Assembly (NCBI RefSeq): GCF_963921235.1
Contig: NC_086108.1
Coordinates: 58,654,001 to 58,718,000 of the forward strand
Length of the DNA stretch: 64,000 nt
Direction: 5' to 3'
DNA from: Mobula hypostoma
Taxonomy: Eukaryota
How positions within the stretch are numbered: the first letter of the stretch is position 1; each line of letters begins with the position of its first letter. The position numbers and the translations under genes are program-made. Positions 50,727 through 63,310 of the stretch are shown piece after piece. Under the pieces are notes generated by a model that searched no databases, was not told the DNA's origin, and saw only the letters and a program-made list of their open reading frames with translations.

Positions 50727-52497
50727 CATAAGGCTACAAGATCAGAAGGAGCAGAATTAGGCCATTTGGCCCATCGAGCCCGCTTCACCATTTCATCATG
50801 GCTGATCCCTTTTTCCTCTTAGCCCCAGTCTCCTGCCTTCTCCCCATATCCCTTCATGGCCTGCCCAATCAAGAATCTATCAACCTCTGATTAAATATAC
50901 ATACAAACTTGGCCTCCATAGATGCCTGTAGCAACGAATTCCACAGATTCACCTCTCTCTAGCTAAAGAAATTCCTCCTCACCTCTGTTCTAAAAAGGAC
51001 GCCCCTCTATTCTGAGGCTGCGTCCTCTGATTTTAGGCTCTCCCACCATAGGAAACATCCTCTCCACATCAATTCTATCAAGGCCTTTCACCTTTTGATA
51101 GATTTCAATTAGGGCACCTACAGGCCCAGAGCAATTAAGTACTTTTCATATGACAAGTTGTTCAAATCTGGAATAATTTTTGGGAATCTCCTTTGAACCC
51201 TCTCCAGTTTCAGCACATCCTTTCTAAGATAAGAGGCTCAAAGCTGCTCACAGTACTCTAAATGAGGCCTCACCAGTGCTTTCTAAAGATTCAGCATTAT
51301 ATCCTTCCTTTTATATTCTAGTCCTTTTAAAATGAATGCTAACATCGCACTTGCCTTACTCACCACAGAGTCAGACTGCAAATTAACCTTTAGGGAACCC
51401 TGCACAAGGACTCCCAAGTCCCTTTGTACCTCAGATTTTTGTATTTCTCTCTGTTTGGAAAATAATTAACCCATTCATTTCTTCTACCAAAGCACATGAC
51501 CATACACTTCCAGACACGTACTTTATACTTTATACTTTATACTTTATTGTCGCCAAACAATTGATACTAGAGCGTACAATCATCACAGCGATATTTGATT
51601 CTGCTCTTTGTGCTCCCTGGAGTACAAATTGATAGTAAATATTAAGAATTTAAATTATAAATCATAAATAGAAAATAGAAAAGGGAAAGTAAGGTAGTGC
51701 AAAAAAACTGAGGCAGGTCTGGATATTTGGAGGGTATGGCCCAGATCTGGGTCAGGATCCGTTCAGTAGTCTTATCACAGTTGGAAAGAAGCTGTTCCCA
51801 AATCTGGCCGTATGAGTCTTCAAGCTCCTGAGCCTTCTCCCGGAGGGAAGAGGGACGAAAAGTGTGTTGGCTGAGTGGGTTGTGTCCTTGATTATCCTGG
51901 CAGCACTGCTCTGACAGTGTGTGGTGTAAAGTGAGTCCAAGGATGGAAGATTGGTTTGTGTGTTGTGCTGGGCTGTGTTCACGATCTTCTGCAGCTTTTT
52001 CTGGTCTTGGACAGGATAACTTCCATACCAGATTGTGATGCACCCCAGAAGAATGCTTTCTACGGTGCATCTATAAAAATTAGTGAGGGTTTTAGGGGAC
52101 AGGCCAAATTTCCTTAGCTTCCTCAGGAAGTAAAGGCACTGGTGTGTCTTCTTGGCAGTGGACTCTGCTTGGTTGGACCAAGTCAGGTCATTTGTGATAT
52201 TGACTCCGAGGAACTTAAAGCTTTTGACCTGTTCCACTTGCGCACCACTGATGTAAATGGGGTCGTGCGGTCCGCTACTCCTTCTGAAGTCAACACCCAA
52301 TTCCTTCGTCTTGCTGACATTGAGGGATAGAATATTGTCTTCGCACCATACCACCAGGTTCTTAATTTCCTCTCTGTACTCAAACTCATCATTACCCGAG
52401 ATACGGCCTACAATTCCATCTGCTCATTCTCCTAATCTGTCTAAGTCCTTCTGTAGCCTCTCTACTTCCTCAAACCTACCTGCCCCTCCACCTATCA
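50727..52497 (-). mobile_element. CR1 3' fragment nested in the Gypsy element, itself split by a Rex1-type LINE
   Basis: Reverse-complement CR1 3' UTR and RT; resumes at 52414-52497. Confidence 0.8.
51518..52413 (-). mobile_element. Relatively young Rex1/Babar LINE 3' fragment
   Basis: Open ORF 51752-52354: LNVSKTKELGVDFRR, FKFLGVNITNDLTWS, FYRCTVESIL, LPSGRR; (TAAAGTA)n tail. Confidence 0.9.
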
Positions 52498-53054
52498 TGA
52501 TCACAACATGACTATGAGCCTGTCAACAAACCTCTGGAAGAGCCAGAGGCACCTACGGTTCCTCCACCCATAGAACACAGGACCCTAGCTGGGAGGCTCA
52601 TCTGAGCTCCAGACGCGCAAGGCTGGTTTTAGTGAATTCTGGGGGGTGGGGAGGCCTGTGTAGGGTAATGTAATTTGGAGAAATGTACTCAATTCACAAC
52701 CACCAAAACTGAGTTCAGTTTCACTTTAAGAGGCTGATCTGACGTGATTATGTTTTACTTAAAGATTTTTGGTGTGCTTTTGTGTTTAGGTTTTGGAGTT
52801 CAATAAAATGTGTTTGGAGTTTCATTAAACAAAGTGCCTCACTTCATTTTAATTGTGAAAACCTACTCTATCACTTAAAAGCAAGAATATACAGCACCTC
52901 ATTTAGCAGTGGAAACATTAGCAGATATAAACCAATTTATTAATGTGTAGCTGGAAGCGTTGTGCATAGAAAGCTTTCTGTTGTTAGTATTGCAGAAAGA
53001 GATCAACAATGCATTAGTGATATTGCTTTTATAACCTCATGTACTTGAAGCAAA

Positions 53055-53395
53055 CCTACAGGTTTCATGCCTAGACCACGGCTCTACTCACTCTATATTC
53101 ATGACTGCATAGCTAAACACAGCCCAAGTGTCATTTGCAAATTCACTGATGACCCTACTGTTGTTGGCTGAACCTCAGATGGCAACAAGGAGGTGTACAG
53201 GAGTGAGATAGATTTGCTAGTTGAGTGATGTTGCAACAACAACCTCACACTCAGAAGTCAGCAGACTAAGGAGTTGGTTCTGAACTTAGGGCAGGGAAAA
53301 TCAGGAGAACACATACCAGTCCTCAGTGATGGTTCAGCGGTGGAATTGGTAAGCAGCTTCAAGGTCCTGGGTGTCAATATCTCCAGCATCTCTGG
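53055..53395 (+). mobile_element. Rex1-type fragment, decayed
   Basis: KFTDD-like and KTKELV-like remnants. Confidence 0.6.
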
Positions 53396-54578
53396 TGGAT
53401 CAAATTGATCCTTACAGACCTCTCTTTGGTTGGTGAAAAACATACTCTTCTGTGTGGTTATCATATTTGAAATGACACTATAAATGATCCAACCTAGGGC
53501 TAGGATTTGTGAATCAAATAATTGCTTAACAAATCTTTAATAAATTACATATACTTCATTAAAATAGATGGAATTTCTGGCCAGATAAGCTTATTGAGCT
53601 ATTATTTATGTTGAAGTGTAACTACTGCAATGAGTAGACAATAGACAATAGACAATAGGTGCAGAAGTAGGCCATTCGGCCCTTCGAGCCATCACTGCCA
53701 TTCACTGTGATCATGGCTGATCATCCACTATCAGTATCCAGTTCCTGCCTTATCCCCATAACCTTTGATTCCACTATATTTAAGAGCTCTATCCATCTCT
53801 TTTTTGAAAGCATCCAGAGAATTGGCCTCCACAGCCTTCTGGGGCAGAGCATTCCATATATCCACCACTCTCTGGGTGAAAAAGTTTTTCCTCAAATCTG
53901 TTCTAAATGGCCTACCCCTTATTCTTAAACTGTGGCCTCTGGTTCTGGACTCACCCATCAGCAGGAACATGCTTCCTGCCTGCAGTGTGTCCAATCCCTT
54001 AATAATCTTATATGTTTCAATAAGATCCCCTCTCAGCCTTCTAAATTCCAGAGTATACAAGCCCAGTCACTCCAATCTTTCGACATATGACAGTCCCGCC
54101 ATCCCGGGAATTAACCTTGTGAACCTACGCTGCACTCCCTCAATAGCAAGAATGTCCTTCCTCAAATTTGGAGACCAAAACTGCACACAGTACTCCAGGT
54201 GTGGTCTCACCAGGGCCCTGTACAGCTGCAGAAGGACCTCTTTGCTCTTATACTCAATTCCCCTTGTTATGAAGGCCAGCATGCCATTAGCTTTCTTCTC
54301 TGCCAGCTGTACTTGCATGCTTGCTTTCAGTGACTGATGTACAAGAACACCTAGATCTCGTTGTGCTTCCCCTTTTCCTAACTTGACTCCATTTAGATCA
54401 TAATCTGCCTTCCTGTTCTTACCACCAAAGTGGATAACCTCACATTTATCCACATTAAACTGCATCTGCCATGCATCTGCCCACTCACCCAGCCTGTCCA
54501 AGTCACCCTGCATTCTCATAACATCCTCCTCACATTTCACACTGCCACCCAGCTTTGTGTCATCGGCAAATTTGCTAA

Positions 54579-57500
54579 TAGAAACATAGAAACATAGAAA
54601 ATAGGTGCAGGAGTAGGCCATTCGGCCCTTCGAGCCTGCACCGCCATTTATTATGATCATGGCTGATCATCCAACTCAGAACCCCGCCCCAGCCTTCCCT
54701 CCATACCCCTTGACCCCTGTAGCCACAAGGGCCATATCTAACTCCCTCTTAAACATAGCCAATGAACTGGCCTCAACAGTTTGCTGTGGCAGAGAATTCC
54801 ACAGATTCACCACTCTCTGTGTGAAGAAGTTTTTCCTAATCTCGGTCCTAAAAGGCTTCCCCTCTATCCTCAAACTGTGACCCCTCGTTCTGGACTTCCC
54901 CAACATCGGGAACAATCTTCCTGCATCTAGCCTGTCCAATCCCTTTAGGATCTTATACGTTTCAATCAGATCCCCCCTCAATCTTCTAAATTCCAACGAG
55001 TACAAGCCCAGTTCATCCAGTCTTTCTTCATATGAAAGTCCTGCCATCCCAGGAATCAATCTGGTGAACCTTCTTTGTACTCCCTCTATGGCAAAGATGT
55101 CTTTCCTCAGATTAGGGGACCAAAACTGCACACAATACTCCAGGTGTGGTCTCACCAAGGCCTTGTACAACTGCAGTAGTACCTCCCTGCTCCTGTACTC
55201 GAATCCTCTCGCTATAAATGCCAGCATACCATTCGCCTTTTTCACCGCCTGCTGTACCTGCATGCCCACTTTCAATGACTGGTGTATAATGACACCCAGG
55301 TCTCGTTGCACCTCCCCTTTTCATCATCGGCCACCATTCAGATAATAATCTGTTTTCCTATTTTTGCCACCAAAGTGGATAACTTCACATTTATCCACAT
55401 TAAATTGCATCTGCCATGAGTTTGCCCACTCACCCAACCTATCCAAGTCACTCTGCATCCTCTTAGCATCCTCCTCACTGCTAACACTGCCGCCCAGCTT
55501 CGTGTCATCCGCAAACTTGGAGATGCTGCATTTAATTCCCTCATCCAAGTCATTAATATATATTGTAAACAAATGGGGTCCCAGCACTGAGCCTTGCGGT
55601 ACCCCACTAGTCACCGCCTGCAATTCTGAAAAGGTCCCGTTTATTCCCACTCTTTGCTTCCTGTCTGCTAACCAATTCTCCACCCACACCAATGCCTTAC
55701 CCCCAATACCGTGTGCTTTAAGTTTGCACACTAATCTACTGTGTGGGACCTTGTCAAAAGCCTTTTGAAAATCCAAATATACCACATCCACTGGTTCTCC
55801 CCTATCCACTCTAATAGTTACATCCTCAAAAAATTCTATGAGATTCGTCAGACATGATTTTCCTTTCACAAATCCATGCTGACTTTGTCCGATCATTTCT
55901 CCGCTTTCCAAATGTGCTTTTATCACATCCTTGATAACTGACTCCAGCAGTTTCCCCACCACCGACGTTAGGCTAACCGGTCTATAATTCCCCGGTTTCT
56001 CTCTCCCTCCTTTTTTAAAAATTGGGGTTACATTAGCCACCCTCCAATCCTCAGGAACTAGTCCAGAATCTAACGAGTTTTGAAAAATTATCACTAATGC
56101 ATCCACTATTTCTTGGGCTACTTCCTTAAGCACTCTAGGATGCAGACCATCTGGCCCTGGGGATTTATCTGCCTTCAATCCCTTCAATTTACCTAACACC
56201 ACTTCCCTACTAACATGTATTTCACTCAGTTCCTCCATCTCACTGGACCCTCTGTCCCTTACTATTTCTGGAAGATTATTTATGTCCTCCTTAGTGAAGA
56301 CAGAACCAAAGTAATTATTCAATTGGTCTGCCATGTCCTTGCTCCCCATAATCAATTCACCTGTTTCTGTCTGCAGGGGACCTACATTTGTCTTTACCAG
56401 TCTTTTCCTTTTTACATATCTATAAAAGCTTTTACAGTCCGTTTTTATGTTCCCTGCCAGTTTTCTCTCATAATCTTTTTTCCCCTTCCTAATTAAGCCC
56501 TTTGTCCTCCTCTGCTGAACTCTGAATTTCTCCCAGTCCTCAGGTGAGCCACTTTCTCTGGCTAATTTGTATGCTACTTCTTTGGAATTGATACTATCCC
56601 TAATTTCTCTTGTCAGCCATGGGTGCACTACCTTCCTTGATTTATTCTTTTGCCAAACTGGGATGAACAATTGTTGTAGTTCATCCATGCAACCTATAAA
56701 TGCTTGCCATTGCATATCCACCGTCAATCCTTTAAGTGTCATTTGCCAGTCTATCTTAGCTAATTCACGTCTCATACCTTCAAAGTTACCCCTCTTTAAA
56801 TTCAGAACCTTTGTTTCTGAATTAACTATGTCACTCTCCATATTAATGAAGAATTCCACCATATTATGGTCACTCTTACCCAAGGGGCCTCTCACGACAA
56901 GATCGCTAATTAACCCTTCCTCATTGCTCAAAACCCAGTCCAGAATAACCTGCTCTCTAGCTGGTTCCTCGACATGTTGGTTCAAAAAACCATCCCGCAT
57001 ACATTCCAAGAAATCCTCTTCCTCAGCACCTTTACCAATTTGGTTCACCCAGTCTACATGTAGATTGAAGTCACCCATTATAACTGCTGTTCCTTTATTG
57101 CACACATTTCTAATTTCCTGTTTAATACCATCTCCGACCTCACTACTACTGTTAGGTGGCCTGTACACAACTTCCACCAGCGTCTTCTGCCCCTTAGTGT
57201 TACGCAGCTCTACCCATATCGATTCCACATCTTCCCGGCTTATGTCCTTCCTTTCTATTGCGTTAATCTCTTCTTTAACCAGCAACGCCACCCCACCTCC
57301 CCTTCCTTCATGTCTATCCCTCCTGAATATTGAATATCCCTGAATGTTGAGCTCCCATCCCTGGTCACCCTGGAGCCATGTCTCTGTGATCCCAACTATA
57401 TCATAATCATTAATAACAATCTGCACTTTCAATTCATCCACCTTATTACGAATGCTCCTTGCATTGACACATAAAGCCTTCAGGCGCTCTTTTACAACTC

Positions 57501-57719
57501 TCTTAGCCCTTGTACAATTATGTTGAAAAGTGGCCCTTTTTAATGCTTGCCCTGGATTAGTCGGCCTGCCACTTTTACTTTTCTCCTTTGTACTTTTTGC
57601 TTCTACGCTCACTTTACACCCCTCTGTCTCTCTGCACTGGTTCCCATCCCTCTGTTGTGAACTAACCTCCTCACGCCTAGCCTCTTTAATTTGATTCCCA
57701 CCCCCCAACCATTCTAGTT
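54579..57719 (-). mobile_element. Young CR1 LINE, truncated exactly at the ORF1/ORF2 junction
   Basis: Near-identical to 40276-42380 and to 7131-8223; (TTTCTATG)n tail. Confidence 0.95.
54676..57708 (-). pseudogene. Essentially complete CR1 ORF2p (APE plus RT, about 1010 codons) broken only by in-frame TGA TGA at 55321-55326
   Basis: ORFs 55324-57708 and 54676-55311 are in the same frame; the sister copy has TTA GGA at that position. Confidence 0.9.
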
Positions 57720-59029
57720 ACTTTTAATTCCCTCATTTAAATCATTAATATATATTGCAAACAGCTGTGGTCCCAGCACTGAACCCTGCGGTACCCCACT
57801 GGTCACCGCCTGCCATTCCGAAAGGGACCCGTTAATAGTAGTAAGCAGTTATCTTGATATTAAATAGTACTGTTGATTTAGTAAGTAATGTACCTATTGC
57901 AGGACTAAACAGTCATCCACAGAAATGAGGTGTTACGAACATTTAACAAGAGTGAAAGAGAAAAGATACATGTGCACAGAGCGCACACTGAATTTCAGTT
58001 ACAAATTGTGAGGTTAGTTTCAAATTGATGTAATAAATATCCAGTAGAGAAAATAGATACCACATCCTTCCTTTTTCATACCATTTCCTTAAAAGCCCCA
58101 AACAGCTTGAGTTCTCATTGTTGCATTTTACTTTTAGACTTGATTGCCTAAACAAATACTTGTATGCCATTACTTGCAAATCATTTTCAACAAAATGGGA
58201 ATAGGAGAGAAGCCTTCATTTATTAGTTAAGTTTATCTGTCACTTTACTTAAGGACATATGAGAAAGCAAATTATTGATAATTTTCAATACATGAAAGGA
58301 GTTAGGTAATTTGCCCGGTGCTTTATTGTGAGTTAATGTGCAAGTTTGGTTAGTTAGCAAATTCAATCCTTTGTAAAGATGGACCCCAGCCCAACATGAA
58401 CTATGTATTTTCCAGCAGAGATCGCCAAGTTGTAATTTGATCTCCTTGGCCTAGGGATATTGAAACTAATTAACTTGCTCTCACTATCGCTCTAATCTAG
58501 ACCTAGAAGCATCGGATAGAGTGAAGCAGCATGAAACCAAGCTCTCTGGTTTACCATATCTCTGCTTTATGAAGTACCCTATATTAAACGTGTCATGGAA
58601 CAGTGGCAGATTTAGTTTATGGGGAGCAGTGCAATTGAAACAGAAGGTAACTATTAAGGATTAAAAGTTAAAGTAACATATCTGCTATATTTGAATTACT
58701 GTCAGATTCTATTATGCTTTTAGACAATCTTCCATAATGAATTATCCGTGATGGGCTTTTAGGAATTGATTAATGTGGTACATAAGTGCCCAATATCCTT
58801 ACCGTGACACAACAGAAGATATTTGGCTAATCCTTATGCCTAACAAAACATTTTACTGATGAGTTCTATGCTGCGTTGATAATTGCTTTCAGACTGTAAG
58901 CATTTACTCTGCTTTGAAGAGCTAAAACTTATTACTTGGGTCATTGGAAACTTTAGTTATCTGTGTGTTCATCGACATAATTGTGGTGCATTAAGGCGGT
59001 GTATATGAAGGTATATAATAAACACAAAA

Positions 59030-60345
59030 AAAACATTGAAAACATTCAGCAGGTCAGCTGTGTCTGTGAAAAGAAAATAAGAATCAAATACTTTTCAACA
59101 GAACTGGGAAAACAAGGAAGCAAGTTAGTTTTCACTTGTGGGGAAAGGAAGTTGCTAAAAGCATAATAGAATCAGACAGTAATTCAAATATAGCAGATAG
59201 ATATGTTACTTTAATCTTTAATCCTTAATAACTATCTTCTGCTTCGATTGCATTGCTCCCCATAAACTAAACGAGGAGAGAATGAAAGAGAAGGAAAACA
59301 AAGGATGTATAAAAATTGTGAAATGCAGATCATAACTTTATACAGTGACCAGCAGACTGGGCAGTTTCAGTTGAAACAGAAAACCGATTTAATATTTACA
59401 GGTGTACAAGCTCCAGTAGAATTGGTCATGTCTGATACAGAGAAGTGAATTACCTGAAATTCTTGATTTCAATACTGAGAGAAGTAGACTATAATGTGAT
59501 CTTCTGAACACAAGGTGTTGCTTCTGAAGATTGTGTTGGACCTTGTTGTAGGAGTGCAGAGGGCCACAGATAGACTGCCATACTGGGAGTGGGATGGGGA
59601 CTTAAAGAGCCAGGAACAGGAAATTTGGGATCACCCACCCTATATCTGTTTGCCATCTTCAGTGTCGAGGAAACCATATTGTTCATAACAAAAACAGTAC
59701 ACAAGATTGAAAAAAGTGTGAGTAAATTGCTGCCTCACTTGAAGGATCTGTTTAGGCTCCCGGGTGGTAGGAAGGGGCAAGATTAAAGGATATGCTTTTA
59801 AACTCTTGTACTTGCATGGGAGTTACCATGAGAAGGGGAGTGGATGGAGGAGATGGAAGAGTGAACAAGGAAGCTGTGAAGGAAATGGCCCTTTCTCAGT
59901 GTTGAAAGGGGCTGGAAGGTGGATCTGACAGGGACAACTCACTAACGTTGGTGCAAGTTGCAAAAGATGATCCATTTAATGTGGAGGCTAGTGGTTTGGA
60001 AAGTGTAGACTAGGAGAACTCTTAACTTGCTTTAGGCAAGAGGAAAGGGCTAAATTCAGAAGTGTGTGAAATAGATGGGATGTGATCAATCATTTTATCA
60101 GCTGTGGTAGAAAGAGAGGCATGGTTAAAGAAGAAACTTCAGAGATACCTGTACAGAATGTCTTTTCCTCAGAGGAGAAACAATGAAGGTGTAAGAATGG
60201 AACAGAGTCCTTGCAGGAGGAAAGGTGCGAGGATGTATGATGAAGTTAGTTATAGCGATATTATAATGGATGCTCTCAGATGAAGAGAAACTAATTAAGG
60301 AAGTGAAGTGAAAGGGAAGGAAAAGGAAGAGTTAGAGATTGTCCA
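59030..60345 (-). mobile_element. Decayed Penelope-like element (GIY-YIG end and 3' repeat)
   Basis: Minus-strand remnants PKQ.LQVRQQFT and LQKQHLVFR resemble the PLE endonuclease C-terminus; the end at 59030-59100 matches the dispersed ctgacctgctga repeat. Confidence 0.6.
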
Positions 60346-60351
60346 GATGAA

Positions 60352-60735
60352 CATTCAGTGGCCACTTTGTTAGGTATGCCTGCTCGTTAACACAGATATG
60401 TAATCAGTCAATCATAAAAGCATTCAGACATGGTCAAGTGGTTCAGTTGTTGTTACCAAACATCATAATGGGGAAGAAATGTGATCTAAGTGACCCTGAC
60501 TGTGGAATGATTACTGGTGCCAGATAGGGTGGTTAGAGTATCTCAGAAAAAGCTGATCTCCTAAGGATTTCCCAGACAGCAATCTCTAGAATTTACAGAA
60601 GATGGTGCAAAAAAAAAATCCAGCGAGTGGCAGTCTGTGATGAGAATGACCAGATTGATTCAAACTGACAGGAAGGTGACAGTAACTCAAGTAAGTGCAT
60701 GTTAGAACAATGGTGTGTAGAAGAATGCACATGTT
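60352..60735 (+). mobile_element. Tc1-like transposon, left end and transposase N-terminus
   Basis: TIR-like cattcagtggccactttgttaggta; MGKKCDLSDPDCGMITGAR..SISEKADLL (paired-like HTH). Confidence 0.75.
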
Positions 60736-62504
60736 CTCATCATTATAACTTTGACATTTGAACTAATGGAAAAGGTTAAAAAGGGTGGAAAAATATAGGA
60801 GATATAGTTTCTAGTTTAAGTTGGAATGAAGGAAAAGAGCCAACTCAAAAGGGAGCTCTACAATACTGAGGCAGTGAGTAATTACAAAAAGTGAGAAAAA
60901 CTATGCCTTTATAAAGTATATTTCATAATGTCCATATTGTTTTACAGTTTTTGTATGTTTTCTTGAATATATTTTTTATTTTAATTCAATAAAGCGAACA
61001 CCTAATTTTGCCCACTACAATCTCCCATCAACAGCAATATGGTAATCAGATGTTTTTTTTTAGTTTGAGGGATGTATGATGGCCAAGGCACAGCCTTAGT
61101 TTTCTTAAATTGGTGCCATGATACACTACTTTATATAAATTTGAGTGTGATGACAAATTGAAATGACTCAGAATGCTGGAAGGATGAAAAATGCAATTAG
61201 AAAAAAAACCTCATGTCTCAAATCTCAATTATCTACCTGACCTTCATAATAAGTTTAATTTAGAGAAAATATAAAAAAAGAGTAAAAGTCCTCATTGGAC
61301 TTACAAATTAATCACTCACAGATCAGTCAGGTATTGATCCATTTATTAATGTATTGTGTGCATAGCAGCATTTAAAGAGAATGGAAATTAAACAGCAGAA
61401 GACATCGTTTAATATTACATGAAGCAGAAACTGCAATCTGTTAGGTTAATAAGTTATGTTTTATCACCTCACCCTTGTTTTACATCTACACTCTGATCTA
61501 ATTTAAAGTTGCAATGTGGAATTACTTTTCTCAGAAATGGTGTTTATTTTTCCCTCTCCAGTGAACAGAACAGTTCCTGTAAAGTCAAATTAGATTAATG
61601 GACAAATAATATGTCAATCTATTGTGATCCTGGGCTAAGGGGGAGCTTTTTTTCCTTGAGATTGGAAGCTATGTTTGATTAATGAGTATCCAGTTTCCGT
61701 AGCAACTATTTTCTGACTGTTAGCCCTGGATTTTAAAAGATGATGTTTAATTAATTCCACAAACATAAGCTGGATTTACAAAATGCATTTCTTCTGTCTA
61801 CAGGTAGTTATCTTATGCAAGATGGAACAGTCATTTCCCTTGGCCAAAAATTAATATGATAAGATATGAAACAGCAAGCCAATTGCTCATCAGAGATGTG
61901 CTGGCTGGTCCTGTCTCATGGGATTTTCTAGGATCGATCTCATTAATACAGCCAAAAAAAGAGCTTGAGCCTGGGAGCTTAAAAGAAACATGAGGTATAG
62001 GAACAGCTGTACTGTACTTGGTTTTAAAAATTAATCAACTTTAGTTTCAAGAAATTCAAATTAATGTTATCTTCTATGTTAAAAAAAACTAAGGATCATT
62101 TACATCAAAAGCTCTGAATTGGTTTAATCTCATAGGATTTTTGGGGGGTTTATTTTAACTCAATTATAGCTTGTTGTGTATTATACTATAATTCAGATTA
62201 ATAAATCTTCATTTCTAGAATCCTTCAGAGAATGAAAGATATTTAATAACTAAAATCTCTATGAAAAAGGGGTGAATTTTGATGGAAAGGCTAAGAGAAA
62301 GGTCTATTTCACAGATCAACCAATTAAAGATCTATTACGAAATTTAATACACTCTTTACTGAATGATGGTGAGTTTAAGATCTTAATCCTTCCATGGAGA
62401 GAGAGAGAGAAGTGAAAATGAAAGAATTAATCCTCCAGTCAGTAATGGTAAACTTCTGTAACATAGTGTCAGCACTATACTCTATCTCTGAAATCATTCC
62501 ATTG

Positions 62505-63310
62505 AGTTCAATGCAATAAAGATTCCAGAGACACTACACTTGTTGATGACACTACACTGATTGGCCTAATCTCAAATAATAATGAGGCAACCTACAGAGA
62601 AGAAATCATCATCCTGACTTCTGACACAGTGGTGTCAAGAAAACAACTCTTTCAATGTTGCAAAAATAAAGGAGCTGGTTGTGGACTACAGGAAGAATGG
62701 AGACAGGTTAGCTCCTATTGACATCAATGGACCTGGGTTGAGAGGGTGAACAGCTCTAAATTCCTCGGCATACATATCACTGAGCATCTCATGTGGTCTG
62801 TACATACTGGCTATGTGGTGAATAAGGCACAACAGCGTCTCTTTCACCTCAGGTGATTGAAGAAGTTTGGTATGGGCCCCTAGATCCTAAGAACTTTCTA
62901 TAGGGGCACAATTGAGAGCATTCTGACTGGCTGTCAGTCACAGATGTGAACTTCCTGTTATTCAGGACATTTACTGAGAAAAGTGTGTAAAAGGGGCCCA
63001 AAGGATCATTGGGGACCTGAGTCACCCCAACCACAAACTGTTCCAGCTGCTACCATCCGGGAAACAATACCACTGCATAAAAGCCAGGACCAGCAGGCTC
63101 TGGGACAGCTTCTTCCACCAGGCCATCAGACTGATTAAATCATGCTGACACAACTGTATTTCTGTGTTATATTGACTGCCCTGTTATACATACTATTTAT
63201 TATAAATTACTATAAATTGCACATTGCACATTTAGACGGAGACGTAACGTAATGATTTTCACTCCTCATCTATATGAAGGATGTAAGTAATAAAGTCAAT
63301 TCAATTCAGT
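62505..63310 (+). mobile_element. Rex1/Babar LINE 3' fragment
   Basis: DDTTLIGLI, KELVVDYR, KFLGIHIT, FYRGTIESILT, LLPSGK; aataaag plus (TCAAT)n tail. Confidence 0.85.

Larger units (their letters stand above)
46934..52866 (+). mobile_element. Near full-length decayed Gypsy LTR retrotransposon, CsRn1-like
   Basis: LTRs 46934-47128 and 52659-52866; TSD TCTAT (46929-46933, 52867-52871); PBS TGGTGACTCC (tRNA-Trp-like) at 47130; G-rich PPT at about 52640-52655. Confidence 0.9.
53633..57836 (-). mobile_element. CR1 LINE (pieces 53633-54578 and 57720-57836), host of a younger CR1
   Basis: KFADDTKLGG, RPHLEYCVQFW, (TCTATTG)n tail; 5' piece with [11 protein letters not shown] beyond 57720. Confidence 0.9.

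Noticed and set aside
61804..61860. Plus-strand exon after tttcttctgtctacag
   Set aside because: Short frame to a stop, unrecognised peptide, no partner exon
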